Below the pieces are notes generated by a model, which saw only the letters and a program-made list of their open reading frames with translations, did not search any database and was not told where the DNA came from. The translations under genes and the position numbers were made by a program. Of a stretch of 53,700 nucleotides of DNA, positions 18,091-26,825 are shown one piece after another. The first letter of the stretch is position 1. Each line of letters opens with the position of its first letter. Source of the DNA: Coriobacteriales bacterium (lineage in GTDB: Bacteria > Actinomycetota > Coriobacteriia > Coriobacteriales > CADBOM01); contig JBMNUL010000001.1 of assembly GCA_050946255.1 (NCBI GenBank), forward strand, positions 1-53,700. Direction: 5' to 3'.

Positions 18091-18620
18091 GAGAGGTCAG
18101 AAGTACCGCCTGGGTTTCCCGATTTTGGCATTAACTCGGCTGCCTGATAAATGCCAAGGTGGTGGCGATCAAAGGTTCCAGTTTTGATTCCGAGGCCAGC
18201 TCTCGGAGACCGAATCTACTAGATAGAGTTTAAGCATGGGGCCGTGTCGATGAACTGCGTCCCGAATCTTGGAATTGGAAAAGTAAAATTCGAGATTCGG
18301 AGGTGCGGCTCACGATGACGCGGCCCCTTTCTTCTTCATAAGGCGCGAGCACTTCGATGGCGTTGTCCTTCGCTTCCCATAAGTCTCAGGCTCGCTGGTG
18401 AAGCGGTGGGTTTTGCTTCCCTGCATAGCCTGGCTCTGGATTCTCGCGCCTTTTCGAGGCTTATGAAGTGCATGAACCCGGTTTTCCACACGACAAGGTT
18501 CCGCCGTCTGGCGCCTGTTTTCTCCCAATAGTTGAAAGCGTTCAATATTTAATTTCTTTTACTTATAATCACACTTGACAGGTTAACTGTAGGAGTAATA
18601 CCTGCTGTAAAGGAGTAATT

Positions 18621-19877
18621 ATGGATGCTAAACAGATGTACGACCAGAAGCTGAAGCGAATTCACGATGCGATAGAGCTCAAGGAGCCCGACACAGTTCC
18701 ATACATGCCGATAGGCCAATGCTATCCCTACATCAACAACGGATACACAATGGCAGACATCCTCTACGACGAGGACACCAGCAAGGCTCTGGAAAGCCTA
18801 CTCAAGTTCGCCAAGGACACCGATGCCGACGTGGTCATGGGACAGGACTACATCTACATCGGGCAGGGCAAGATCTTGGAGATGACCGACCCGAAATCAA
18901 TCATGTGGGCCGGTATGCCGAACAGCACGATAGACAAGAACTCGATTCACCAGTTCATCGAGTTCCCAGTGCTTCTCGACGACGAGATGGACATGTTCCT
19001 AAACGACAGGTCCCAGTGGATGCTCAGCCATGGTCTTCCCCGCACCGCAGGTGTCCTCGAGCCAATGAAGAACTTCAACGTGAGGAACATCAACCCATAT
19101 ACGGGAACGATGATGCTCTCTGGGCTGATCAGCACCCCGGAATTCAAGGAAATGATCGAGAAGCTCTGGAAGATCAACGATTTAACCGTTGAGAACCAGA
19201 ACAGGATGCGCAAGCTGAACGCCGCAATCGAGGAGGCCGGGTATCCGGTTCTGGCCCAGGGAATGGCAGCTGTGCCGTTCGATACGTACAGCGACTTCCA
19301 TCGCGGCACCGTCGACGGACTGGCCGATCTCTACGACAACACTGAAGTTGTGGAGGCGTACTGCGAGGAGGAGCTGGAGAACACGCTCGAATTTGTGCGC
19401 ATGCAGGGACAGTTCCTCAAGGGGAGGTACGTGTTCATGGCACTGCACAAGGGCATGGACGGATTCATGAGCGACGAGTTCTACGAGAAGTACTACTGGA
19501 AGCCTCTGCAGAGGATCATCGAGGAGATCATCGCAAACGACATGATTCCTTACATCTACACCGAGGGCAATTACAATACGAGGCTCAAGTGGCTGGCAGA
19601 TGTGCCCGAGGGCAAGGTCATCTACCACTTCGAGAACGTCGACATGAAGAAGGCGAAGGAGATTCTCGGAGGCACCGCATGCATTTCGGGCGGGTTCTCG
19701 CCTCAGATCCTCGACAGGAAGACCCCCGAGGAGACGCGCGAGGCCGTCAAGAAACTGATGGACGTTTGCGCACCTGGCGGCGGGTTCATCTTCGAGACCA
19801 GCTACGGCCTTGATTACGCAAAGCCCGAGAACGTCGACGCGATGACCGAGGCAGTGAGGGAGTTCGGCAAGTACTAG
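18621..19877 (+). CDS. URO-D family protein, long form (418 aa)
   Basis: Overall URO-D/MtaA-like pattern without an H-x-C motif (YTEGNY at the equivalent place). AAAGGAG RBS and an AT-rich promoter region. Confidence 0.6.
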   Translation: MDAKQMYDQKLKRIHDAIELKEPDTVPYMPIGQCYPYINNGYTMADILYDEDTSKALESLLKFAKDTDADVVMGQDYIYIGQGKILEMTDPKSIMWAGMPNSTIDKNSIHQFIEFPVLLDDEMDMFLNDRSQWMLSHGLPRTAGVLEPMKNFNVRNINPYTGTMMLSGLISTPEFKEMIEKLWKINDLTVENQNRMRKLNAAIEEAGYPVLAQGMAAVPFDTYSDFHRGTVDGLADLYDNTEVVEAYCEEELENTLEFVRMQGQFLKGRYVFMALHKGMDGFMSDEFYEKYYWKPLQRIIEEIIANDMIPYIYTEGNYNTRLKWLADVPEGKVIYHFENVDMKKAKEILGGTACISGGFSPQILDRKTPEETREAVKKLMDVCAPGGGFIFETSYGLDYAKPENVDAMTEAVREFGKY

Positions 19878-19974
19878 AAGCCAGGGTTCCGCGCGAGCGG
19901 ATGTATTGCGTGCAAAGACTGTGATGCACGATTGTCCGCTCTGCGAAATCAGAAACGAAATATTGCCGAATATG

Positions 19975-20008
19975 GAAGGCGGTCGTCCCAGTTGGAACGA
20001 CCGCCTTT
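19975..20008. terminator. Shared hairpin terminator between convergent genes
   Basis: 12-bp stem GAAGGCGGTCGT/ACGACCGCCTTT, T-rich on the plus side and ATATT-rich on the minus side. Confidence 0.75.
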
Positions 20009-20052
20009 CTCCTCCCGTCTCTCCTCGGGAAGCGGGTTGTTAACAGGAAGTC

Positions 20053-21048
20053 CTACTCGAACTCGGCCTTGCGCTCCTCGGACTCCTCGGCGATGCACTC
20101 GGAAATGCAATCGTAGAGTCCCTCGTAGGTGCTCATCGGCAGACCCTGGGTGATGCAGGGGATGAACGACTTGTGACCGTGGCTGCAGAGCTCGTGCACC
20201 TGCTCCTTGACCCACGGCTTGGTCCAGTCGGCCTTCTCGATGTCGGCACCGTCGAGTCCGCCCATGAAGGCGATCTTGTCGCCGTACTTCTCGCAGAGCT
20301 CGGGGATGTTGTTGGAGGTCATGCAGCCCTGCCAAACGTTGATGCCCATCTCGATCATGTAGGGGACTAGGGTTGCCGCATAGGAATCGGAGTGATGGAC
20401 GACATACTGCACGCCGTTCTCGTGATAGTAGCCGTAGATTGTCTTGTAGGGCTCGAGGAAGAACTCCGCGAACATATCAGGCGACAGGAACGTGGACTTG
20501 CGGCTGCCCCAGTCGTCGTGATGCAGAATCATATCTGGATGCAGGTGCGAGATGAATCCATCTGCCAGCTTGAGCTCCCAGTCGGTGAGGAACTTGATGA
20601 GCTCGTGGACCTCGTCCGGATACTCGTAGAAGGCGGCGAGGGCCTCGGTCATGGATGCGAGGTAATGCAGCTGCTCGAAGAGGCCTGGTGCAACAAAGGA
20701 GCAAGCGAAGACCTGCTCGCGGTCGATCTTCTCGGCCTCGGCAATCCAGGGCTCCCATGCTGACTCGGGGTAGTCGATGTTAGGAGCCTTCACATAGTCT
20801 TTCCAATTCTCGAAGTCCTTGATTACGAGAAGATCCGGGGTGTCGAGCGGGAAAGCGCCCGGCTGATCCTCGCGGTACTCCTGGGTAACTCCCCAAGGGT
20901 TGACCTTGCGGGTGCCCTTCTCAGGAGGCATTTGGTCCATGCTAAAAGGATAGAAGGCAAAAGCCATGAAGTCATACTGGTTGACGAACCTCTCAGGATG
21001 TCCCCCTGGAGTTATGGTCTCGATGAAATTCTGTCTTGGTGTGAGCAT
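20053..21048 (-). CDS. URO-D family protein (331 aa), paralogue A
   Basis: MLTPRQNF...HPERFVNQY N-terminus typical of URO-D-like proteins. HHSDSY replaces H-x-C. By eye about 60 percent identical to the neighbour. AGGAGG RBS. Confidence 0.75.
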   Translation of the reverse strand: MLTPRQNFIETITPGGHPERFVNQYDFMAFAFYPFSMDQMPPEKGTRKVNPWGVTQEYREDQPGAFPLDTPDLLVIKDFENWKDYVKAPNIDYPESAWEPWIAEAEKIDREQVFACSFVAPGLFEQLHYLASMTEALAAFYEYPDEVHELIKFLTDWELKLADGFISHLHPDMILHHDDWGSRKSTFLSPDMFAEFFLEPYKTIYGYYHENGVQYVVHHSDSYAATLVPYMIEMGINVWQGCMTSNNIPELCEKYGDKIAFMGGLDGADIEKADWTKPWVKEQVHELCSHGHKSFIPCITQGLPMSTYEGLYDCISECIAEESEERKAEFE

Positions 21049-21172
21049 CTAGATACCTCCTACTTTCGTAGATGATGTGAGCGGCAATATCCGATTTGCC
21101 GCTCTGGTTATTGAAATGGACGTCCAGACGAGTCTGCCCATAAAACCCTTACAGATGATATCAGAACAGAAA

Positions 21173-21204
21173 GACCGGGTCAGGATTTTTCACCTGGCCC
21201 GGTC
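21173..21204 (-). terminator. Intrinsic terminator between the two URO-D paralogues
   Basis: 12-bp stem GACCGGGTCAGG/CCTGGCCCGGTC. The minus strand is followed by TTTCTGTTCT. Confidence 0.8.
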
Positions 21205-21268
21205 ACAACACGGCTTCAAACAAAGTCTACTTGCTTAAAAATCCGCTAGAGACTGTCTTTAAATGCGC

Positions 21269-22279
21269 TTAAATCTGATGCTTGGCGAAATAGGCCTCAG
21301 AGACCTTTTCGATTGCCTTGTCCGTTGCCTCGTAGACGCCTGGGAAGGTGCTCATCGCGAGACCCTGGCTGGCACCTGGGACGAAGTTGAACGGGCCATT
21401 CTCCTCGCATGCCTTCATGACCTGCTCGTCGATTACCTCCTGGGTCCAACCCTCGTAATCGATGTGAGCGGAGTTGATGCCGCCCATGTAGGTGATCTTG
21501 TTGCCGTACTTCTGCAGAAGCTCGGGGATGTTGTTGGACTCCATGACGCCCTGCCAAACATCGATGCCGATTTCGATCATGTAGGGAACCAGGGTTGCCG
21601 CATAGGAGTCGGAGTGGTGCACCACGATCTGGACTCCCTGCTCCTTCCAGTATCCATAGAGCGTCTTGTAGGGCTCGAGGAAGAAATCGGCCCACATGTC
21701 AGGCGAGAGGAACGTCGACTTCTGGGTGCCCCAGTCATCGTGATGGAAGATGGCATCGGGATGGATGTGCTTGCAAGTGTCCTCGGCCATTTCGATTTCC
21801 CAGTCGACGAGGAACTTGATCATCTCGTGGACCTCGTCTGGGTACTCGTAGAATGCGGCTAGGGTATTGGAAATCTCAGAGAGGTTGTGCAGCTGCTCGA
21901 AGATTCCCGGAGCGATGAACTGTGAGACGTACTGCTTGCTGCGGTCGACTGCCTCGGCCTTGGCGACGAAGGGCTCCCACTCGGCATCGCTGAAAGTGTT
22001 CCTCGGCGCCTTGACGTACTCTTTCCAGTCCTCGAAGTCCTTGTTCACGATCCTGTCGGGAGTGTGCACCGGGAATGCGCCGGGCTGGTCCTTGCGCCAC
22101 GATCTTGTGATTCCCCAAGCATCTACGACGTTCTCGTCACCCGGCATTGGCTGGGGGCTGATCGTGTAGAAGGGGTGGAACATCATTGCCAGGTACTCGT
22201 ACTGCTTGACGAACCTGTCGGGATGGCCGACTCCCTTGCCCTTCCTGCACTCATCGAAGTTCTCTCTAGCTGTAAGCAT
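21269..22279 (-). CDS. URO-D family protein (336 aa), paralogue B
   Basis: MLTARENF...HPDRFVKQY and HHSDSYAATLVPYMIE blocks are shared with paralogue A. AGGAGA RBS. Confidence 0.75.
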   Translation of the reverse strand: MLTARENFDECRKGKGVGHPDRFVKQYEYLAMMFHPFYTISPQPMPGDENVVDAWGITRSWRKDQPGAFPVHTPDRIVNKDFEDWKEYVKAPRNTFSDAEWEPFVAKAEAVDRSKQYVSQFIAPGIFEQLHNLSEISNTLAAFYEYPDEVHEMIKFLVDWEIEMAEDTCKHIHPDAIFHHDDWGTQKSTFLSPDMWADFFLEPYKTLYGYWKEQGVQIVVHHSDSYAATLVPYMIEIGIDVWQGVMESNNIPELLQKYGNKITYMGGINSAHIDYEGWTQEVIDEQVMKACEENGPFNFVPGASQGLAMSTFPGVYEATDKAIEKVSEAYFAKHQI

Positions 22280-22469
22280 CTATCCAGTCTCCTTTCCTGG
22301 TCGCCCTCTATCGCTTTCTCGAAGATATAGAGGGCTCTTCTGCCTAAACAGAATTTAACTAGGTCGAACAAGTAGCTAAATTGTAATGCTTGTGGAGCCA
22401 TAAAGGTTTTGCGAATAGCAAAGAGCCTTTTTGGTTGGGAAACGGATTTGCCAGAACAGCTGAAGCCGG

Positions 22470-23147
22470 CTAGCTTATCGTGCGGAAAAGAGCCGTTACC
22501 TTGCCGAGGATCGTGACATCGGTTGCGTAGATTGGGTCCATGGTGGGATTCTGCGGCTGCAACCTCACGCGGTTCTCCTCCTTGTAGAAGGTCTTGACCG
22601 TTGCCTCTCCATCGATCATGGCGACGACGATCTCCCCGTTGCGTGCGGTGTTCTGCTCTTCGACGACAACTATGTCCCCATCGAGGATTCCGGCGTCGAT
22701 CATAGATTCACCAGAAACGGTGAGCAAGAAAGAATTTTTGTCGCCCACGATTTGCTTTGGAAGGCCCAATGTCTCCTCGATGTTCTGCTCGGCGAGAATC
22801 GGGGTGCCGGCAGCCACGCGGCCAACCAGTGGCAGGGGAACGACGTTGCGGTAGACTTCGTCAATCTCCTCTTCCGGCAAGACGCTGTCTGCATTGACAG
22901 CCTCGTCGGGATACATCTGCTCTAATTTCTCGACGTTCACGGTTATCGCCCTGGCAGACGATGAGCTCCTGCTGATGTAGCCCTTCTTCTCAAGTGCAGT
23001 TAAATGCGAATGCACGGAAGAAGACGACTTCAAACCGATGGCATCGCCGATGTCCCTCACGCTGGGCGGATATCCGTTGTCCCTCGTGTAGACCCTGATG
23101 TAATCGAGAATTTGCCTCTGCCGATCGGTGAGCTCTGACTTGGTCAT
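22470..23147 (-). CDS. lexA: LexA repressor
   Basis: LTDRQRQILDYI wHTH, AAG cleavage site, SGESM serine and a downstream lysine. The ATG at 23147 gives the canonical N-terminus. The ORF-track start at 23288 runs through its own operator. Confidence 0.95.
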   Translation of the reverse strand: MTKSELTDRQRQILDYIRVYTRDNGYPPSVRDIGDAIGLKSSSSVHSHLTALEKKGYISRSSSSARAITVNVEKLEQMYPDEAVNADSVLPEEEIDEVYRNVVPLPLVGRVAAGTPILAEQNIEETLGLPKQIVGDKNSFLLTVSGESMIDAGILDGDIVVVEEQNTARNGEIVVAMIDGEATVKTFYKEENRVRLQPQNPTMDPIYATDVTILGKVTALFRTIS

Positions 23148-23178
23148 TTTCGTCCCTTTCGCCTTCACTGCTGCAACG

Positions 23179-23207
23179 ATTATACACAGAGATGAAAATA
23201 GAATCAA
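23179..23207 (-). promoter_or_regulatory. lexA promoter
   Basis: Minus strand reads TTGATT-17 nt-TATAAT preceded by TGTG. The -35 overlaps SOS box 1. Confidence 0.65.
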
Positions 23208-23219
23208 ACAAATGTTCGA
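23204..23219. promoter_or_regulatory. LexA (SOS) box 1
   Basis: TCAAAC-AAAT-GTTCGA, one mismatch to the actinobacterial TCGAAC-N4-GTTCGA consensus. Confidence 0.75.
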
Positions 23220-23226
23220 TATTCTC

Positions 23227-23255
23227 TTGATTCGAACAAAAGTTCGATATATACT
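23227..23255 (+). promoter_or_regulatory. Divergent SOS-regulated promoter facing the 96-aa gene
   Basis: TTGATT-17 nt-TATACT with SOS box 2 inside the spacer. Confidence 0.6.
23232..23247. promoter_or_regulatory. LexA (SOS) box 2, perfect palindrome
   Basis: TCGAAC-AAAA-GTTCGA, located in the spacer of the plus-strand promoter. Confidence 0.9.
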
Positions 23256-23262
23256 TCCCTTA

Positions 23263-23278
23263 CCAAACAGATGTTCGA
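23263..23278. promoter_or_regulatory. LexA (SOS) box 3
   Basis: CCAAAC-AGAT-GTTCGA, at about +1 of the plus-strand promoter. Confidence 0.65.
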
Positions 23279-23422
23279 GTGTTTGCAAAAAGTTGCGATG
23301 GGGGTTGGGTCCGGCGATGAAGGACTGCGGCAGCTATTGCAAACGGAATAACAAGAAGAATTATTGTCCGCCGGAGATTGTAAAAATAAATCACGGCAAG
23401 CACGGCAAGAGGAGGACATGAG

Positions 23423-23713
23423 ATGAGCAGAGAAGCAGTTGTGACGATTCGTGATTTCACGCCCGCTGTAGAGGGCAATGAAGTGAAGACGATAGGGGAG
23501 GTTGCGGGCAGCGTTCGCGATTTCCTGAAGATGCTCATCGCAGAGGCAGTGGCCTGGTTCAACGATCTTCCCGAGGTCCAATCGCTCAAGACCGGGAGCA
23601 GCGCCGGAGTCACCGTCCATAATCTCACGATGAAGGAAAAGGTAATTTTCGTGGCAGGCGTGTGCTTTGCGGTTGTCCTCATGGCAGGGCTCGCGGCTGT
23701 CGTGCCTGCATGA
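23423..23713 (+). CDS. Small tail-anchored membrane protein (96 aa), hypothetical; candidate SOS-induced factor
   Basis: Strong AGGAGGA RBS. Soluble N-terminal about 70 aa, then a C-terminal TM helix (VIFVAGVCFAVVLMAGLAAVVPA). Transcribed divergently from lexA. Confidence 0.6.
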   Translation: MSREAVVTIRDFTPAVEGNEVKTIGEVAGSVRDFLKMLIAEAVAWFNDLPEVQSLKTGSSAGVTVHNLTMKEKVIFVAGVCFAVVLMAGLAAVVPA

Positions 23714-23795
23714 TCACGGTCCATGCCCCTTGTGAGGGGTGTGAACCGGGAAATCCAGAACGTTGCAGCGTGGTCCCTTTCGTTCTGGAAGATGT

Positions 23796-23825
23796 CGAGG
23801 GGGAGCTTTGGAAAGCTCCCCCTCG
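23796..23825 (+). terminator. 13-bp perfect hairpin downstream of the 96-aa gene, weak U-tract
   Basis: CGAGGGGGAGCTT-TGGA-AAGCTCCCCCTCG. Two smaller hairpins precede it at 23726-23739 and 23755-23788. Confidence 0.55.
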
Positions 23826-24036
23826 AACTGTCTTTGGTCCCGGATGAACGTTGGGGTGTATCGCCAAATATCGAAATCGGGCAAAGATGGGGTGACCACA
23901 AATTTCCGCTTGGGTATCCCAAGCCAGGCATCACCGAATATCGAAAGCGGGAAACGATAGTGAAAATATAGACGTTTCAGCAGCTCATATAGGGTAGCAT
24001 TACACTTGTCTATAAAACAATTCCTTTGGAGATCTA

Positions 24037-25530
24037 ATGCGAGACGTTTGCATTATCGGCGCCGGAATAGCCGGCTGTAGCTGCGCCCGAGAACTCTCCG
24101 CATACGAACTGGATGTCGTGGTCGTGGATTCTGGCTACGACGTGTCATGCGGGACCACTAGGGCAAACAGCGGAATCGTTCACGGAGGATACGACCCAGT
24201 GCCCGGAACCCTCAAGGCCAAGTTCAACTTGCAGGGATCGTTGATGTTCGAGGACCTTTCGAGAGAACTCGGATTTTCCTATAGGCGGTGCGGCTCTATG
24301 GTGGTCGCCTTCTCGCAGGACGAGGTGCCCTCCATCGAAGCGCTGCTCGAGCGGGGGATCCAGAACGGGGTAGAGGGCCTTCAGATCTTGGACAGCCAGG
24401 CTCTTCACGACAAGGAGCCGAACATCAACCCAGAGGCTGTTGCCGCGCTATGGGTTCCGACTGGAGCGATAGTCGACCCATATGGTGCATGTCTGGCGTT
24501 CGCCGAGAATGCAGTCGATAACGGTGTCGAGTTCAAATTCTTGTCCGAGGTCGTGTCCGTTGAGAAGGTTGCAGGAGGGTTCGAGGTCGAGGTTGTCAAC
24601 CGCGAGACCGGAGCGCATGAGAAGATCGCCGCGAGGACGGTTGTCAACGCATCCGGTCTTTATTCGGGCAAGATCAACTCGATGGTGAGTTCCAAAGCCT
24701 TCACGATAACCCCACGTGCAGGTGAATATTTCCTGCTGGACAAGACATGGGGAGATGCTTTCCATTCCACGATATTCCAAGTCCCCACCAAGAACGGCAA
24801 GGGCGTGCTCGTCTCGCCGACCACTGGCGGGAATATCATCTTGGGGCCAACGGCTGTTCCGAGGAAGTCCCCGGAAGAAACTCAGACCACGACCGAGGGA
24901 CTGGCGCAGGTGCTCGAAAACGCCGGGAAGACCTGGCCCAATATCCCCACCTACGACATCATCACCAATTTCGCAGGGCTAAGGGCATCTTGCCTTGACG
25001 ACGGAGACTTTCACATCGGTCAGCCCGACGATGCTCCTGGGTTCTTCAATATCGGGGGATTTGACTCCCCGGGTCTCACAGCGGCCCCAGCCGTGGCGAA
25101 GGAGATAACCTCCCAGATTGCCGAAATGCTCTACGCCGTGCCCAACAAGAGCTTCAATCCCCATAGGGAGGCACCGAGGAGATTCTCGACGATGACGAAC
25201 GAGGAGCGTTCGGCGGCAATTGCGGAGGATAGCCGTTGGGGGCGTATCATCTGCAGATGCGAAGAGGTCAGCGAGGCGGAGATAGTCGCGGCAATCCACT
25301 CGCCAATCCAGGCATACACCACCGATTCGATAAAGTGGCGCACTCGAGCCGGGATGGGCAGGTGCCAGGCCGGATTCTGCCTGCCCCTCGTTGCGGGGAT
25401 CATCGCCAGGGAAACCGGCTGCGATGTGACCGAGGTCCGAAAGGGAAACCTGGGGTCTCGCCTTGCAATCGGCCATAGAGGGTGTCTGGACGCCCTTCCC
25501 GAGGTCACGATGCCAGAGGGGATGGACTAA
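24037..25530 (+). CDS. FAD-dependent glycerol-3-phosphate dehydrogenase-like oxidoreductase (GlpA/LhgO family) with a C-terminal BFD-like 2Fe-2S domain
   Basis: DVCIIGAGIAGCSCA dinucleotide fold, ANSGIVHGG, and C-terminal CRCEEVSEAEIVAAI...CQAGFC. Confidence 0.85.
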   Translation: MRDVCIIGAGIAGCSCARELSAYELDVVVVDSGYDVSCGTTRANSGIVHGGYDPVPGTLKAKFNLQGSLMFEDLSRELGFSYRRCGSMVVAFSQDEVPSIEALLERGIQNGVEGLQILDSQALHDKEPNINPEAVAALWVPTGAIVDPYGACLAFAENAVDNGVEFKFLSEVVSVEKVAGGFEVEVVNRETGAHEKIAARTVVNASGLYSGKINSMVSSKAFTITPRAGEYFLLDKTWGDAFHSTIFQVPTKNGKGVLVSPTTGGNIILGPTAVPRKSPEETQTTTEGLAQVLENAGKTWPNIPTYDIITNFAGLRASCLDDGDFHIGQPDDAPGFFNIGGFDSPGLTAAPAVAKEITSQIAEMLYAVPNKSFNPHREAPRRFSTMTNEERSAAIAEDSRWGRIICRCEEVSEAEIVAAIHSPIQAYTTDSIKWRTRAGMGRCQAGFCLPLVAGIIARETGCDVTEVRKGNLGSRLAIGHRGCLDALPEVTMPEGMD

Positions 25531-26822
25531 TGAGGCGAAAAGTCGAGATAGCGGTTATCGGTGGAGGAGCTGCAGGACTTGCAGCTGCCACCGCGGCATT
25601 CGACGAGGGCGTTCGCGACATCGTCATTTTCGAGAGGGAATCCGCTCCAGGAGGGATTCTCAAGCAATGCATCCACAACGGTTTCGGACTCCACAGGTTC
25701 AAGGAGGAATTGACCGGCCCGGAGTATGCAGCACGCGAGTTCGATGCGGTGCAGAGCCGCGGCATCGAAATCGAGTACGAGGCCACCGTCGTGTCGCTGG
25801 ACAATTCGAAGCACCTTGTTGTCGCCAGTCCAACGGTTGGCCTTCTCGAGGTGGAGGCAGAGGCCGTGGTCCTGGCGATGGGGTCGAGGGAGCGCACGAG
25901 GGGCCCTCTCAGAATCGCCGGAACGCGACCGGCTGGAATCTACACTGCTGGAACCGCACAGCACATGATCAACCTAGAGGGAATAATCCCGGGCAAGAAC
26001 ATCGTCATGCTCGGGTCAGGCGACATCGGGCTCATCGTTGCAAGGCGCCTCGCCTATGAGGGCGCCAACGTGAAGATGGTGCTCAACAGATCGCATTTCT
26101 CCGGAGGGCTCAAGCGCAACATCGTGCAGTGCCTGGACGACTATGGAATTCCGCTGCGCCTCCTGCACACGATCACCAACGTGTACGGGAAGGACAGGGT
26201 CGAGGCCGTGGGCGTTTCCGATGTGGACAAGGCAACCAAGCTCGCAATTCCCGGAACAGAGAAGGTCGTGGAGTGCGACACCATTCTCCTCTCCATCGGG
26301 TTGCTGCCCGAAAACGAGCTTACCAGGCAAGCGGGAATCACCATTGACAGGGGGTCTTCTGGAGCATTTGTGGACGAGAACTATCAGACCTCCATGCCCG
26401 GTGTGTTCTCTGCCGGCAACGTGCTGCACATCCACGATCTCGTCGACTTCGTTTCCGAAGAGGGCGAGGGTGCTGGTCGTGCGGCTGCACGATATGTTCT
26501 CTCGGGAGGCGGCAGAGGAGACGGGGAGAATTTGGAAGAAGCAACCGAAGAGACGACCTACACCCCGGTCAAGCCTTCAACTGGTGTCAAGTACGTGGTT
26601 CCGCAGCACGTCTCCTCGAAGGCCGAAGGCAAGGTCACGCTGAGGTTCAGGGTTCGGGATATCTACAAAAAGGCGCGTATCCACGTAATGGCGGACGGAC
26701 GCGAGGTGAAAACCGCACGGCGCAACATTCTCGTGCCGGCGGAGATGGCCCAGATTATCCTGAATGCCGGAGACATTGTCGGAGCCTCCTCGGTTGAGGT
26801 ATCCGTGGATTCGGAGGGGTGA
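25530..26822 (+). CDS. NAD(P)/FAD-dependent pyridine nucleotide-disulfide-type oxidoreductase
   Basis: IAVIGGGAAGLAAA and VMLGSGDIGLIVA Rossmann motifs. The ATG overlaps the upstream stop (TAATG). Confidence 0.85.
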   Translation: MRRKVEIAVIGGGAAGLAAATAAFDEGVRDIVIFERESAPGGILKQCIHNGFGLHRFKEELTGPEYAAREFDAVQSRGIEIEYEATVVSLDNSKHLVVASPTVGLLEVEAEAVVLAMGSRERTRGPLRIAGTRPAGIYTAGTAQHMINLEGIIPGKNIVMLGSGDIGLIVARRLAYEGANVKMVLNRSHFSGGLKRNIVQCLDDYGIPLRLLHTITNVYGKDRVEAVGVSDVDKATKLAIPGTEKVVECDTILLSIGLLPENELTRQAGITIDRGSSGAFVDENYQTSMPGVFSAGNVLHIHDLVDFVSEEGEGAGRAAARYVLSGGGRGDGENLEEATEETTYTPVKPSTGVKYVVPQHVSSKAEGKVTLRFRVRDIYKKARIHVMADGREVKTARRNILVPAEMAQIILNAGDIVGASSVEVSVDSEG

Positions 26823-26825
26823 GCA

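Noticed and set aside
18091-18620. Cobalamin riboswitch or corrinoid-protein pseudogene upstream of the URO-D genes (also checked at 3437-3821, 21049-21268 and 22280-22469).
   Set aside because: No B12-box-like GCCACUG or GGUGAAA core strings occur on either strand. Translations of the region show no recognisable corrinoid-binding DxHxxG motif.
22336-22469. Additional LexA box upstream of URO-D paralogue B (ACTTGTTCGAC).
   Set aside because: Only a GTTCGA half-site is present. The partner half (AGCTAC) does not match TCGAAC.
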